IMG/VR virus record: IMGVR_UViG_3300002062_000002 | Reading direction: 5' to 3' (one strand) | From: a virus | DNA: 64,000 nt | In this document: positions 1 to 10,020 of the stretch, in pieces | Layout: each line of letters opens with the position of its first letter | Numbering within the stretch: position 1 is the first letter of the stretch | The notes under the pieces: model-generated | The model's input: only the letters and a program-made list of their open reading frames with translations | What the model was told of the DNA's origin: nothing | Databases searched by the model: none | Program-made: the position numbers and the translations under genes

Positions 1-640
1 TCCATACCCGTGTAAGTTTCGCCCAGCACCCCAAGCTTCGTGCAAGTTCCTGTACGTCCAATGCAAGTTGCTTCCCTTTACATTTAAACGTAATGGTTTC
101 GTACTTGTTAATTGTACATGACGTGTCCAATAGGCCCTGTAAGACAGCCCGTCGTTGAATGTGACTACTGGTCAAATACAATTTAGGTACATAACTAGCC
201 GAATCTAATTTGTTAGTGATATTTAAGGCGTTAATTGATTCGCTATATTCATCGTACCCCCAGGTAGATTCAGAACTAAGTAGCGCCCCTAACGTATACG
301 GGGGAATGGGTAGGTCAACCACTTTGTCATTTAGTGTACCTGTAAGTGGCACACTCACCTTACTACTGGGTGTAAGTGCCCGAGCTGCGATGATGGCTTC
401 TAGTGACACGACTACCCACCCAGATTGAATGGTATGCACTTTCCATAGATGGTCCTTACAGCACCGCGTCGATCGATCATCTGAGAATGTCACTTCATAA
501 ACGTCGATGGTACCCTGAGGGTGAATAGCTTTAACGTTAGCTACGCCACCAGACGGAGTAAGTACGTTCGTCCCTATTTCCATTTCTCCCATGGTAAGCC
601 ATCCGTTGGGAACACGAATGCGTGAACTTAACGGCTGAGC
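1..640 (-). mobile_element. Intein (Ala-start, class 3-like) with degenerate LAGLIDADG endonuclease; truncated by window edge
   Basis: After GKGK: AQPLSSRIRVPNGWLTMGEMEIG (block A), STRCCKDHLW (block B His+Trp), PYTLGALLSSES and LQGLLDTSC (eroded LAGLIDADG), KQLALDVQELARSLG (block H). Confidence 0.88.
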
Positions 641-1057
641 TTTTCCTTTACCCGTTTGTAACGTTACGACCTTAGACTTACCTGGATCTGTCATATAACG
701 TATTACACGAGGTTGGTCTTCTCTAGGAACCCACTTTGGAGGGATGATATACACCATGTCCTTTGGTGTATACATACGTTTGTGTATTATATCAACTAGG
801 TTCTCCGTGATACCCGCATTCTTTAGACGTTGCATGAATTCAGGATAAAGATTAATATGTAGCCTAACGTAGCTTCTAGCACTATTACTTGCTGCAAAGG
901 TACGTTTGGCTTCTCTGTGAAATTTACCCCTACTGCGAAACCCCGCCCACTCAACGAGGGGGGTAAGGGTTTCCCTCATTAGTGGGTGCAGGCGCGGTGT
1001 CATTTTAGATACAACAAAATGATGACTATACACCTCTATTTTACAATACGCGGACAA
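1..1057 (-). CDS. SF2 helicase (phiKZ gp75-like), N-terminal part, intein-containing; runs off the window
   Basis: Not in the ORF track; translated by hand. TTG at 1057 after SD AAGGAG, frame open to position 2. LSAYCKIEVYSHHFVVSK...VVTLQTGKGK (Walker A) then intein. Syntenic after the gp74-like gene. Confidence 0.85.
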   Translation of the reverse strand, partial: MSAYCKIEVYSHHFVVSKMTPRLHPLMRETLTPLVEWAGFRSRGKFHREAKRTFAASNSARSYVRLHINLYPEFMQRLKNAGITENLVDIIHKRMYTPKDMVYIIPPKWVPREDQPRVIRYMTDPGKSKVVTLQTGKGKAQPLSSRIRVPNGWLTMGEMEIGTNVLTPSGGVANVKAIHPQGTIDVYEVTFSDDRSTRCCKDHLWKVHTIQSGWVVVSLEAIIAARALTPSSKVSVPLTGTLNDKVVDLPIPPYTLGALLSSESTWGYDEYSESINALNITNKLDSASYVPKLYLTSSHIQRRAVLQGLLDTSCTINKYETITFKCKGKQLALDVQELARSLGCWAKLTRVW

Positions 1058-1079
1058 GGTAAACTCCTTTATATAACCA

Positions 1080-3053
1080 TTACCCCTTCATAATAGAATC
1101 AAAGGGGTGGTCTGGTCGGTTAGTGTTATTAAATGAACTGGGTGACGCCACAAACTCACCTAAACGTTCAAACGCATAGGTGGCACTTAAAGACCGATCA
1201 AATACATTACGTTTGTGAACATTAAACTTCTCATGCTCCACCCCCGCTACAGGGCAGTTAGATGACCCACCCAATGGATTGTCTGCAATGCATGCAAGTA
1301 GTAACATCTCCAAATGCATAATGTTTACATTGGCTTTACAGTTTACAATATCATACAATTTGCGTAGCGCTTCAGCGTATGTTGTACACCCCATGATATT
1401 CCCCCGTCCCTTTTTCTCAATAAAATCTGCAATACTTTTCTGATACTCCAACATATTCATGTGCCGTTGAGGCATAACTAAAAAGGTTTTAGCGTATTTC
1501 CAATGGGTCAAGTCGATAACATAATTTCCCCGTCCATCAATCTCCCATCCATGCGTTTTTAGGTATTCTAAAAATGGATACGAAAAACTAGCCAGTCGGG
1601 GTCCGACCGACGTATTGACAATTTCTATATCCGTATTGCCGTTGGAATTGGTTCGCTCAAACTTAATTTGCTTCATCGTAGCCAGAGTTGATGTGGCTAG
1701 GGTGGTGATGTTATCTACTTCAGGGGAATTTATATCGTCCAGGTACTTAATGGACTCCGCTCCAACGATTAACCTATACCCACTGTGTTTTAAGTCACTA
1801 TTTAGCAAGATATGTCCTTCGCTACTCGCCTTTAATCGTATAAAGGCAGATGCGGATTCGGGTATAGTTAAATGCTCTGCTGTAGATGACCCATCTTCGT
1901 GTTTAACCCCCATTACCTTTTGAGATACAAACGAGCAAATAGCAATGGAACTAAACGACCCCAATAACGTAGGGTAGTTGTAATATTGTTGGCTAGGTAC
2001 GGAATACGATAACGTGCCTGTGCACACTTCACAGACATTATATTCATGTCTATGTTTACACCCACCCGGCGATCTAAGTTTTACCATTGTACCAATTAGA
2101 TCTTTGCAATCGCCCGTTATTTCACGTAGCGTTTTACCGTCCTTGGATAAGCAATATTTGCCACGTAGATTGTTTAATGACTTGGCCGTTACATGAAACT
2201 CAATATACACCGTACTTCCACAATCACCCGGTACCAATCCCTTTACCGTATGCAATAATAGGCGGATCTTGCGACCAAAGTATTCGGTTTTACGCAAAGG
2301 GTCTTCTGTAGACTTTAACGCCTTTGTACCTGAACGACCTTCTTGTGCAGACTCCCGTAACTTTATAAGGCCCTCGGAATATCCAGGTATCACAGGCTTA
2401 CGAAAAATGTGTGAGTCGTAATCGGTAGTATACCCACGAGTGGCTACGGCCTGTAGAACCTGACCAATTGATATTAGCTTGGCCCTACACGAGATAGCCA
2501 CGGCATTGTCCTTTAGAGTGGGACATGACATAATTACCTTAGACACCTCTTCGTAGCAGCGTTCGACCTGAGCCTTATGGGGCGATGCCCGTAGTGCCAT
2601 ACGTGATTTTTCCACTTCGGGGTGAGTGAATATTTCCACATAGTCCTCTGCAGAAATAGTAGTTACGTATTCCTCTAGATCTACCGATATAAACGCAAAC
2701 ACATCGTTAACTATTTTCATAGCAATACGATTTAGATAATCTAGATTCTGGTTACGACTACCCCCCTTATCAAAAACTGCCCATAGGCAGCTAGATAGTA
2801 GTTCTTTATGTATCGCATTGCCAAATATATTATTTTGCATATGGTGATTGGGCAGTAGAGGTATGTTAAATTGTCTATGATACTCCCAATAGATAGAGGA
2901 CATAATGGTTGAGCGTCCATCTACCGTGATTATCTCACCGTTATCAAATTCTAACGGGAATTCTATCACTTCATTAAACCTATCAAAGATAACGTTTCGT
3001 GATAAATAAAGTAGTTCTTGTACGTGTATGGTGTCTGTTAATATTACTGACAT
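1080..3053 (-). CDS. Non-virion RNA polymerase beta' C-terminal subunit (phiKZ gp74-like)
   Basis: Q..ATRGY, KALKSTEDPLRKTEYFGRKIRL (bridge-helix-like), GDCGS, LRSPGGC...VCEVCTG Zn site; synteny. Confidence 0.92.
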   Translation of the reverse strand: MSVILTDTIHVQELLYLSRNVIFDRFNEVIEFPLEFDNGEIITVDGRSTIMSSIYWEYHRQFNIPLLPNHHMQNNIFGNAIHKELLSSCLWAVFDKGGSRNQNLDYLNRIAMKIVNDVFAFISVDLEEYVTTISAEDYVEIFTHPEVEKSRMALRASPHKAQVERCYEEVSKVIMSCPTLKDNAVAISCRAKLISIGQVLQAVATRGYTTDYDSHIFRKPVIPGYSEGLIKLRESAQEGRSGTKALKSTEDPLRKTEYFGRKIRLLLHTVKGLVPGDCGSTVYIEFHVTAKSLNNLRGKYCLSKDGKTLREITGDCKDLIGTMVKLRSPGGCKHRHEYNVCEVCTGTLSYSVPSQQYYNYPTLLGSFSSIAICSFVSQKVMGVKHEDGSSTAEHLTIPESASAFIRLKASSEGHILLNSDLKHSGYRLIVGAESIKYLDDINSPEVDNITTLATSTLATMKQIKFERTNSNGNTDIEIVNTSVGPRLASFSYPFLEYLKTHGWEIDGRGNYVIDLTHWKYAKTFLVMPQRHMNMLEYQKSIADFIEKKGRGNIMGCTTYAEALRKLYDIVNCKANVNIMHLEMLLLACIADNPLGGSSNCPVAGVEHEKFNVHKRNVFDRSLSATYAFERLGEFVASPSSFNNTNRPDHPFDSIMKG

Positions 3054-3091
3054 AATTTATTCCTGTTAGTTGTATTGATTTACCTCGGGTA

Positions 3092-5272
3092 TTACGTTGG
3101 AGGCTTGTACGGAGAATACTCTAAACTTATACCACCACAGCGTAGTATGTGTTTAACTATCTGGGTCGACATACTACCGCCACGAGGGACGGTAGTTCTA
3201 TCCACTGCCGTATCAATATTGGTAGGTTCATCCGCCTCCAGGATACTACGGTTAATGGCATGCGATGACGTAAGTGAATTTGTGCGATCGAGTAACTCGG
3301 CAACCGCGTTGGGGTCCATTACGGCGGCCATTAAACCCACCTCAGACTCACCCGCAAAACGTATAGGTGACTCGCGATACGGGTTTAAGTATTTATCTCC
3401 CCGCCCCAACTGCACGACAATACCTTGATGTTGCCGTTTAGTAATGCTTGTAGTTGACCAGTCCTCCCCCGTCTTATCTAAAAGCATCATGTACTTAGTA
3501 TCAATGGTAATGTTACGCTTAGTGGTTTTTATCTTACCGTCAATGCCCACGTATTGTACCTTACCCGCTTTTCTAGGCATGACTTTTTGTATGTCATTCA
3601 CCTGCCGACAGCCTATATTTGGGGTATTGGGTGGCAATAGTAAATAAATGCCCTCCGACTTCACCTTCTCTAAATGATTAAATTTAAGTTCGGTAGTAGT
3701 AAGATTCTTATTGCAGCGAACCCACATATACGCACTCGCATGTCGATAGTATTCCATTAAGAACGCAAATTGCTCCTCATTAGAAATTCCCACTGTATCC
3801 ATGCGCCTTAACTCATTTACCATAAAGGTCTTAGACTGATTGTTCCATTGCTCAAATAACTGACCGCAATTTGAGCGTTTAATGGCAGACAAAGGATCTT
3901 TTACCACATCTGCCACAATGACCTCTTCTCCCTCTAAAGGTATGGTTCTAGGCATATGTGAATCGGGTAAGATATCTACGATTACCCCCTTGGTGCCATG
4001 GGTATCCGTAATTTTATATCCCGGCACAGGAACTTTGGTGTGGGCATACGTGATAGAGATGTTAAAGTCGTCTAGCGGAACCTTATTCTTTATCCGTAGT
4101 ACTCTATCTTTACTACTGTCTTTAAAGTTACTGTACGCTTCCACTACTAAGGAATGAAACTCCCCCGATAGGTTCAGCCCCGCACTTGTTTTTTTCTTGT
4201 ACTTCTTATACACCGTCAATATCTTGTTGTAGAATACATCTTTGGCCCTAACGTATCCCATTAATGATTCGGTCATGCCCGTAGGGGTTGTGTGAAATTT
4301 AAGGTTGTGGTCATGTAATACATCAACGTCTACCACCACTGCCCCTGGTTGACCAAAGAACGTTTTATCAAAATCATAATCCACCATATCGGCAAGTAAA
4401 TTTGAAGGGTGCATTTCCGTAATGGTAAAGTTACTATCAAACGGACGAAACGCCATAATTAAACCATCGTCCCGTATGGTATCTCCCGGGCCAGGGAAGG
4501 GCTTGTATATATCTTTGGTGCCGTATATGTTTAATGGGAACAGTCGCTTACCACAATTGGCTGTGCGGATACCTAATTGCTTTGTGGCTATCTTTTTTGC
4601 ATAACTTTCACTGATCCTAAAACCGTCCTCGATGGTATTGGGAATCGTCATAAACGCCACATTAGTTTCTATACCGTAGTTAAAGTTGCCATACTCATCT
4701 ACCGACGGCGAATCTTGGATAATGGCCTTTTCACGAAATCTCGTCTGTGGTTTTAACTGTGACATTACCTTTACATTTGGTTTAAATTCCCACCCCAAGC
4801 TGGTGTGTTGGAAGAAATAATCTTCTAGTAGCAATGACTTTATTTCAGGGTCATTAACTACTTGGTAAATAACCAAGGTGGCGGGGTTTTTCTTGATACC
4901 TCCCATACCGTATTGTTTGACATACTTTGGAATAACCGCTAGTATTTCAGATAATGGAGGTAAGCTTTTGGAAAATGTATATTTAGCATACTCACGCTCA
5001 ACCCCAGTTAAGTTGCGACGTATGGTAGATTCTAATATGCATAAACGCTGCTTCATGTGTGACGCATGCATTTGTTGACGAGAAGCTGAATTGTTGGCAA
5101 TAAATGGATTTAGATTGGTGGGTGCACCCACTAGTTCAATGTCTAATTCATTTATTATAGTGGGGTTGTTGTCTTTGTCTAGTAATACCATTGTATCGGT
5201 TTCACTGTCCCAGTAGAACGGCTGTCCCTCAAAGGTGTTTACTTCTACAAATCGTTTATCAATAGTTGACAT
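3092..5272 (-). CDS. Non-virion RNA polymerase beta C-terminal subunit (phiKZ gp71-73-like), uninterrupted
   Basis: LNPFIANNSASRQQM, NTIEDGFRISES, GYKITDTHGTKGVI, PIRFAGESE: beta-subunit motifs. Confidence 0.93.
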   Translation of the reverse strand: MSTIDKRFVEVNTFEGQPFYWDSETDTMVLLDKDNNPTIINELDIELVGAPTNLNPFIANNSASRQQMHASHMKQRLCILESTIRRNLTGVEREYAKYTFSKSLPPLSEILAVIPKYVKQYGMGGIKKNPATLVIYQVVNDPEIKSLLLEDYFFQHTSLGWEFKPNVKVMSQLKPQTRFREKAIIQDSPSVDEYGNFNYGIETNVAFMTIPNTIEDGFRISESYAKKIATKQLGIRTANCGKRLFPLNIYGTKDIYKPFPGPGDTIRDDGLIMAFRPFDSNFTITEMHPSNLLADMVDYDFDKTFFGQPGAVVVDVDVLHDHNLKFHTTPTGMTESLMGYVRAKDVFYNKILTVYKKYKKKTSAGLNLSGEFHSLVVEAYSNFKDSSKDRVLRIKNKVPLDDFNISITYAHTKVPVPGYKITDTHGTKGVIVDILPDSHMPRTIPLEGEEVIVADVVKDPLSAIKRSNCGQLFEQWNNQSKTFMVNELRRMDTVGISNEEQFAFLMEYYRHASAYMWVRCNKNLTTTELKFNHLEKVKSEGIYLLLPPNTPNIGCRQVNDIQKVMPRKAGKVQYVGIDGKIKTTKRNITIDTKYMMLLDKTGEDWSTTSITKRQHQGIVVQLGRGDKYLNPYRESPIRFAGESEVGLMAAVMDPNAVAELLDRTNSLTSSHAINRSILEADEPTNIDTAVDRTTVPRGGSMSTQIVKHILRCGGISLEYSPYKPPT

Positions 5273-5307
5273 AATAGTTTCCTTTTAATATGTAAATTAT
5301 ATATAGC

Positions 5308-5331
5308 ACTTAGATAATATATGTGTCAAAA
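5308..5331 (-). promoter_or_regulatory. Early (virion-RNAP-type) promoter motif upstream of nvRNAP beta
   Basis: Minus strand TTTTGACACATATATTATCTAAGTG; same core at 9998-10020 and 16473-16495; TATATTA core resembles phiKZ early promoters. Confidence 0.75.
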
Positions 5332-5363
5332 TACATTGAACGTGGACGTGACATGGGATATAC

Positions 5364-5696
5364 ATGAGCATAATAAATCAATTGGTTCCAGAAGGACCAC
5401 CAATCTATTACACTGTAGAATTTAAACGGGTACTGGAAGATCACTTAGACTTCATCAAACAACATTCAACCACTACGTCAATCGCAGTAAATCCGGCATT
5501 GGCATTTAAACACGAATACAACTTATCGGGTTATTTACTGGCCATTGACATTCCCTTAAAGCTACATTGGCTCGTTATGCGACTTAATGGGTTTTTTAGT
5601 GATACAGATTTTATAAATGTGGCTGTATTGCACATACCTAGCGATAGAACCGTACAGCAAATAAAGCAACTATACGAATCTAGTCACTCAGATTAA
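5364..5696 (+). CDS. Hypothetical protein, lone plus-strand gene in the nvRNAP block
   Basis: 110-aa ORF filling the gap between two minus-strand genes; globular composition. Confidence 0.7.
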   Translation: MSIINQLVPEGPPIYYTVEFKRVLEDHLDFIKQHSTTTSIAVNPALAFKHEYNLSGYLLAIDIPLKLHWLVMRLNGFFSDTDFINVAVLHIPSDRTVQQIKQLYESSHSD

Positions 5697-6947
5697 TAGT
5701 AAAATACGTAAAAAACTACCGCAAATACAAAAAAAACCGTAACCGGTAGGTTGGCCGTAGGGTGTAATGGTTCTATGTTGAGGTTGCGGGGCCTGAGATG
5801 TAGCGTTGCCCCATGAAGCCCCACCCCAAGCGGTAGGTTGTTGCTGTTGGGGCATGGGGGGCGGAGCAACATAGGCCGGTGGTGGTGTATTCTGAGGTGC
5901 ATACATAGATGACAATGGTCGTTTTCCCGGTGTAGTCGGCGGGGGAGTCGATGGCGGCGTTGAAGAAGCGTTACCTGCCGGTGGTGGTGTGGGGGCTTGT
6001 CGCACCAATGACTTTTTCGCAGGAGGCGGTACTTCCTCTTCTTCTTCTGGCTCCATTGCCGATGGGCCCTCGTTACCCTTTAACGGCGGTATTTTGCCAG
6101 TATATGAATCTAGTTTATCAACGTATTCCATATACTCAAGGTCGGTTATTAGGTGTTCCATGTCGGCATCCCACAACTTACCTTTTGCTTTAATATCAAG
6201 TAGAAGAGTATTAAAATGTACCATTAAACTACTGTACGACTTTAATACCGCATCCAGCGTGGGGGCGGAATTGGCATTACTACCAAAACTATAATAATGC
6301 TCCTCGGTTGTACCATATACATAGTTCAACAGTGCCAGTACCTGTGGATGTTCTTTGACTTTAAATTTTACCCCCCAAATAGTTTTTGATGGTCCATTGG
6401 CAATTGCGTCATGTATAATGGGCGAGGTTAACACTGCACGTCGTTTAAACGTGCCCGTTTCGGAATCACCACCGCGTTTAACATATAGCGCAACGCATTT
6501 ACGTGCATTATCGGGATCAATGCGATCAATAACCTTATCTATCTTAGAGATTGTTTTACCGTCAAAATCGGGCACCAACTTTAAGAACTTTTTCTGTTGG
6601 GTGGTTAACAACTTATGATGTTCTGGTTTACCCGCCACCGACGCTAGCAATAAAAAGATGTCCATAAAAACATCATTCATTCGTTGCTGCATTAACGTTC
6701 GCAATCCATACACAACGGGAGATTCGCCGCGCAATACATTTTCCGCAATGGGATGGAACGCAATGTAATTGTCCCAATCTGGATTCTTAAGAAATTCGGT
6801 AGTGGGTAACACGAGTACCTTACCCTCTACTTTGAACGGCTCTTCGTCAACCGTGACCATTTTAATCAATGCTTTTCCATATTGTACCTCGACAATACTC
6901 GCGCCAGTCGATTCAATGATTGCGGTATAAAATTCAATTATATTCAT
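5688..6947 (-). CDS. Conserved chimallivirus protein (phiKZ gp70-like) with Pro/Gln-rich disordered tail
   Basis: IAFHPIAENVLRGES core; position between gp69-like and gp71-like. The 3' end runs through a T8 tract and is uncertain. Confidence 0.72.
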   Translation of the reverse strand: MNIIEFYTAIIESTGASIVEVQYGKALIKMVTVDEEPFKVEGKVLVLPTTEFLKNPDWDNYIAFHPIAENVLRGESPVVYGLRTLMQQRMNDVFMDIFLLLASVAGKPEHHKLLTTQQKKFLKLVPDFDGKTISKIDKVIDRIDPDNARKCVALYVKRGGDSETGTFKRRAVLTSPIIHDAIANGPSKTIWGVKFKVKEHPQVLALLNYVYGTTEEHYYSFGSNANSAPTLDAVLKSYSSLMVHFNTLLLDIKAKGKLWDADMEHLITDLEYMEYVDKLDSYTGKIPPLKGNEGPSAMEPEEEEEVPPPAKKSLVRQAPTPPPAGNASSTPPSTPPPTTPGKRPLSSMYAPQNTPPPAYVAPPPMPQQQQPTAWGGASWGNATSQAPQPQHRTITPYGQPTGYGFFCICGSFLRILLLI

Positions 6948-6985
6948 GATAGTTTCCTTTTCATGTAAGTGTGGGGGTTACCCCG

Positions 6986-8416
6986 TTACCAATTGTAACC
7001 GGGGGAAGTATGTGAAGGGACGATAACGCTAGTTGGCACCTTTTCTAAATTGCCCGCAAGGGTGGTAATGTCAAGCGCCAAGTTACGTACATCAGAAGTA
7101 TCGTTGCCAATGATAGGGGCCATTAGACCATCCGCAAATGAGGGTACGACAAACGGCTCGGGGGCACCGCCGTTGATGCTAATGTTAATCTTGGTGTCGC
7201 CTAACACATCAACGCTCATATCGACGTTAACTAAATGTTGGAAATTATTAGTAACGTCTGGCATGATGATGTGAATTAGCTTATCAATAAACATATTAGC
7301 AAACTTCTCCACCAATCCACCATCTACAAAGCCTTGTGGAAGATCAACCAGTTGAACAGACACGCTGTTATCCATTGTCATATTGGTGGTAATAAAATGT
7401 ATCTTTGTTAAGAAACACTCCATCAATGTGGTGGGTACCGTATTTGTTAAAATGGTAGCCATTACAGATTCAACCGTCGACCCCTTAAAGTTATTGCTTT
7501 GGTGAACATAATCAGTGTTAGTGCGAGTTGGTTGATCCAATAAAATTGATCGCGTTACACCGCGGGCGTTTACACTAGGTGAATATTTACACAGCCAACC
7601 ATAGGTAAAGTAGCCCTCTTCAAATAGCCCTGTCTCGTCGTCCATGCGTTGAAGTAATGGATCGTCTGCTATATTATTCTCCTTTACTCTAGACAATGCC
7701 TCAGAGTATATACTGCCAGTAGTGGATGTTTGATATTCGCTTGATGTCTGAGCGCCGTGTATTGCATTTAATGATTTTGCAAGGTAATTACCATGGATAC
7801 TATTTCCTCTAGAAGATTTAGTAATGCCGTTAGCTAAACTGGGTCTAAAGTCATACAACGCACTGCCATCGTCACCGTATTGATTCTCAAACAATAGCGT
7901 ACCAAAAATATCTTGGGGGCGTAACGTAACGGCATTGGAATATAACTCCGTACCCATTCCGTGTATGGCTAAGTCATTTGCAAGTAAATGGTTGTTCTCT
8001 GCCATCTGCCACTGCCCATTAACTGCTCTAAGTACAAGTACAGTATTAATAAACATACGCATGTTTGGGTTTAGTGTATTTTGCAATGTAACATCGGCAT
8101 TGTCACTGTATCCCATTAATATTTTCTTTATGGGGACACCCATTGTCGTTGATTCAATTTCCATGATATAACGGAAACGGCGAGTGGTCCAGTTATTAGA
8201 AATATGAATGTCTCTACCGGCCTCTACCGATGGAATTAATAGTTTGCCTGCAGTGGACGCAACAGATGCCGCGGTGATATTGCCACCACCAAGGGTGGCT
8301 TCTTGTAGCGTCTTAATGACATTCATATTTGTCATGTTAGAGGTGTAGGGTCGGGCAGTGGGTGTGTGGTACGCGCCAGTTTCTACGAATAATAAACGGG
8401 TTACATTAAAGCTCAT
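6986..8416 (-). CDS. picA: PicA/Imp1-like phage-nucleus import protein (phiKZ gp69-like)
   Basis: 476 aa directly downstream of the gp68-like gene; W...RFRYIMEIE, LRPQDIF, VPSFADGLMAPII recalled as family motifs; synteny. Confidence 0.72.
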   Translation of the reverse strand: MSFNVTRLLFVETGAYHTPTARPYTSNMTNMNVIKTLQEATLGGGNITAASVASTAGKLLIPSVEAGRDIHISNNWTTRRFRYIMEIESTTMGVPIKKILMGYSDNADVTLQNTLNPNMRMFINTVLVLRAVNGQWQMAENNHLLANDLAIHGMGTELYSNAVTLRPQDIFGTLLFENQYGDDGSALYDFRPSLANGITKSSRGNSIHGNYLAKSLNAIHGAQTSSEYQTSTTGSIYSEALSRVKENNIADDPLLQRMDDETGLFEEGYFTYGWLCKYSPSVNARGVTRSILLDQPTRTNTDYVHQSNNFKGSTVESVMATILTNTVPTTLMECFLTKIHFITTNMTMDNSVSVQLVDLPQGFVDGGLVEKFANMFIDKLIHIIMPDVTNNFQHLVNVDMSVDVLGDTKINISINGGAPEPFVVPSFADGLMAPIIGNDTSDVRNLALDITTLAGNLEKVPTSVIVPSHTSPGYNW

Positions 8417-8428
8417 GGTCTATTCCTT

Positions 8429-9964
8429 TTAGTGGTGTTCTTGATAGTAACTATCTAGTTGTATTAAAAAGTTAGCGGTGGTGGGTCTGAAATCACTGGG
8501 TATGTTAGCTGGCGTGCCATTTAAAGAATACGTCGCTAATCGTTTCGTTGATGAATACGTTACCGCATAGTCTTGTATATGATGGAGTAATTCCTCAATC
8601 CATTCATTGCCAACATTGTTTTTATCGTTTAACTCCTTGGCGTTACTCCTTCGGTAATGGGGATACAGCCCTTTAAGTGTTGTTGAAATATCTTTTGGTA
8701 CACGACTTCTAGGTGCGCTATCGCCACCCATGCTAAATTCTTCATTGGTGGTGGGCCCGTACTCCGCAGACAATAACGCGGCCAAGTAAGAATACCCCCA
8801 ATGTTCAAGTATTGCTTGGGTGACGCCGTTAACAATAGAAAAGGCCTCGTTGGAAATAAGGTATACTGTTCGTGCCGGGAACAGTGGGTTAATGATACAC
8901 CCCACTAATTTTCTATGGATATCATTCGTGGGACTTTTAATTGCAATGCAACGACGTATACACGATTCAACTAGCGTAATATCTATTTGTGGTTCAAGTC
9001 GCGTGGCTAAGTCAGCCCCATGTGTAGTAATATAATATTCCGTTAGCGTGGGAACGCGGCGAGGTATGTCTTGTCGGATTGACGTATCTTCTGCACATGA
9101 AACATTATCTTCTGCCCGACCATGGTCCCGCGGCATACGTTTGTCGCTGATGTTATCAAAGGCATTATCTAATTTATCCATCTTGGATTTTAGATAGTTG
9201 TACATTTTACGTACAACATTTTCATTATCATCCGCGGGATCAGAAATAAGCACTTTTCTAATTACTGCATATGAAAGTAACCACTGCGGTAATTCTACGC
9301 TACCCAGTGTACCCATGATGGCGGAGTTTAGCTTAGAAGCATATTGTGATGTTATTTCTACATATACGCGTAAACGCTGCCATTCTTCAGTGGCCATTAT
9401 TCTAGAGTCAACCAACTTTATTGCTTGATATTCTTTAAATGACGTACCAACAATAGGGGCAATGCTGGTCATGTACATGCTAATAATGGGCAGTAGGGGC
9501 TTTAACACCACACCCAATCTAACGAGTCCTCTATACTCGGATCGGATATAAGTTAACTCCCTAGGGCCGTCATCTGGGGAATATTGTTCGTTAGACTCCA
9601 TGTCATTTACAGTTAGATGGAAGGTAAGCCAAGATAACATTTTGGTTACATCTAAGTGATCATAAATTACATTTATCTGCACTGCCAGTTTAGAGGCTAA
9701 TCGTTTTCGATCCTTTACGGTATTAAAGGCGTCCAGTATGTTGCCATATGCCTCAAATATGCCACGCTGATCACGTTCATTTAACGTAGCGATGTATTTA
9801 TTTAAAGGCTCTAGCATTCGAGTGGGGTCGGCTATCTCACTCCGTTCAAAACTGTTTGTGTTGAATATGTGCCGCTCACCATTAAATGCAAAGGTAATGT
9901 TTTTCATTTTACTGTAGGGCGGCGGTGCATCGCCTTTATAATCAGTTATTTTTACTTCCAACAT
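8429..9964 (-). CDS. nvRNAP sigma-like promoter-recognition subunit (phiKZ gp68-like)
   Basis: Start moved to ATG 9964 (MLEVK) behind SD AAGGA in the 50-bp repeat; ELTYIRSEYRGL, ISDK, EDNVSCAE, LYPHYRR; synteny. Confidence 0.78.
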   Translation of the reverse strand: MLEVKITDYKGDAPPPYSKMKNITFAFNGERHIFNTNSFERSEIADPTRMLEPLNKYIATLNERDQRGIFEAYGNILDAFNTVKDRKRLASKLAVQINVIYDHLDVTKMLSWLTFHLTVNDMESNEQYSPDDGPRELTYIRSEYRGLVRLGVVLKPLLPIISMYMTSIAPIVGTSFKEYQAIKLVDSRIMATEEWQRLRVYVEITSQYASKLNSAIMGTLGSVELPQWLLSYAVIRKVLISDPADDNENVVRKMYNYLKSKMDKLDNAFDNISDKRMPRDHGRAEDNVSCAEDTSIRQDIPRRVPTLTEYYITTHGADLATRLEPQIDITLVESCIRRCIAIKSPTNDIHRKLVGCIINPLFPARTVYLISNEAFSIVNGVTQAILEHWGYSYLAALLSAEYGPTTNEEFSMGGDSAPRSRVPKDISTTLKGLYPHYRRSNAKELNDKNNVGNEWIEELLHHIQDYAVTYSSTKRLATYSLNGTPANIPSDFRPTTANFLIQLDSYYQEHH

Positions 9965-9970
9965 AAATAA

Positions 9971-10020
9971 TCCTTTTAGTTTTAGTGTTTGATATGACAC
10001 TTAGATAATATATGTGTCAA
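9971..10020 (-). repeat. 50-bp perfect direct repeat, copy 1 (promoter + leader + SD)
   Basis: Plus strand TCCTTTTAGTTTTAGTGTTTGATATGACACTTAGATAATATATGTGTCAA, identical to 16446-16495. Confidence 0.97.

Noticed and set aside
210-428. 72-aa plus-strand ORF at the window start
   Set aside because: Antisense shadow of the helicase intein.
3092-5272. Possible intron as in phiKZ gp71-73
   Set aside because: The ORF is continuous, with no intervening endonuclease.
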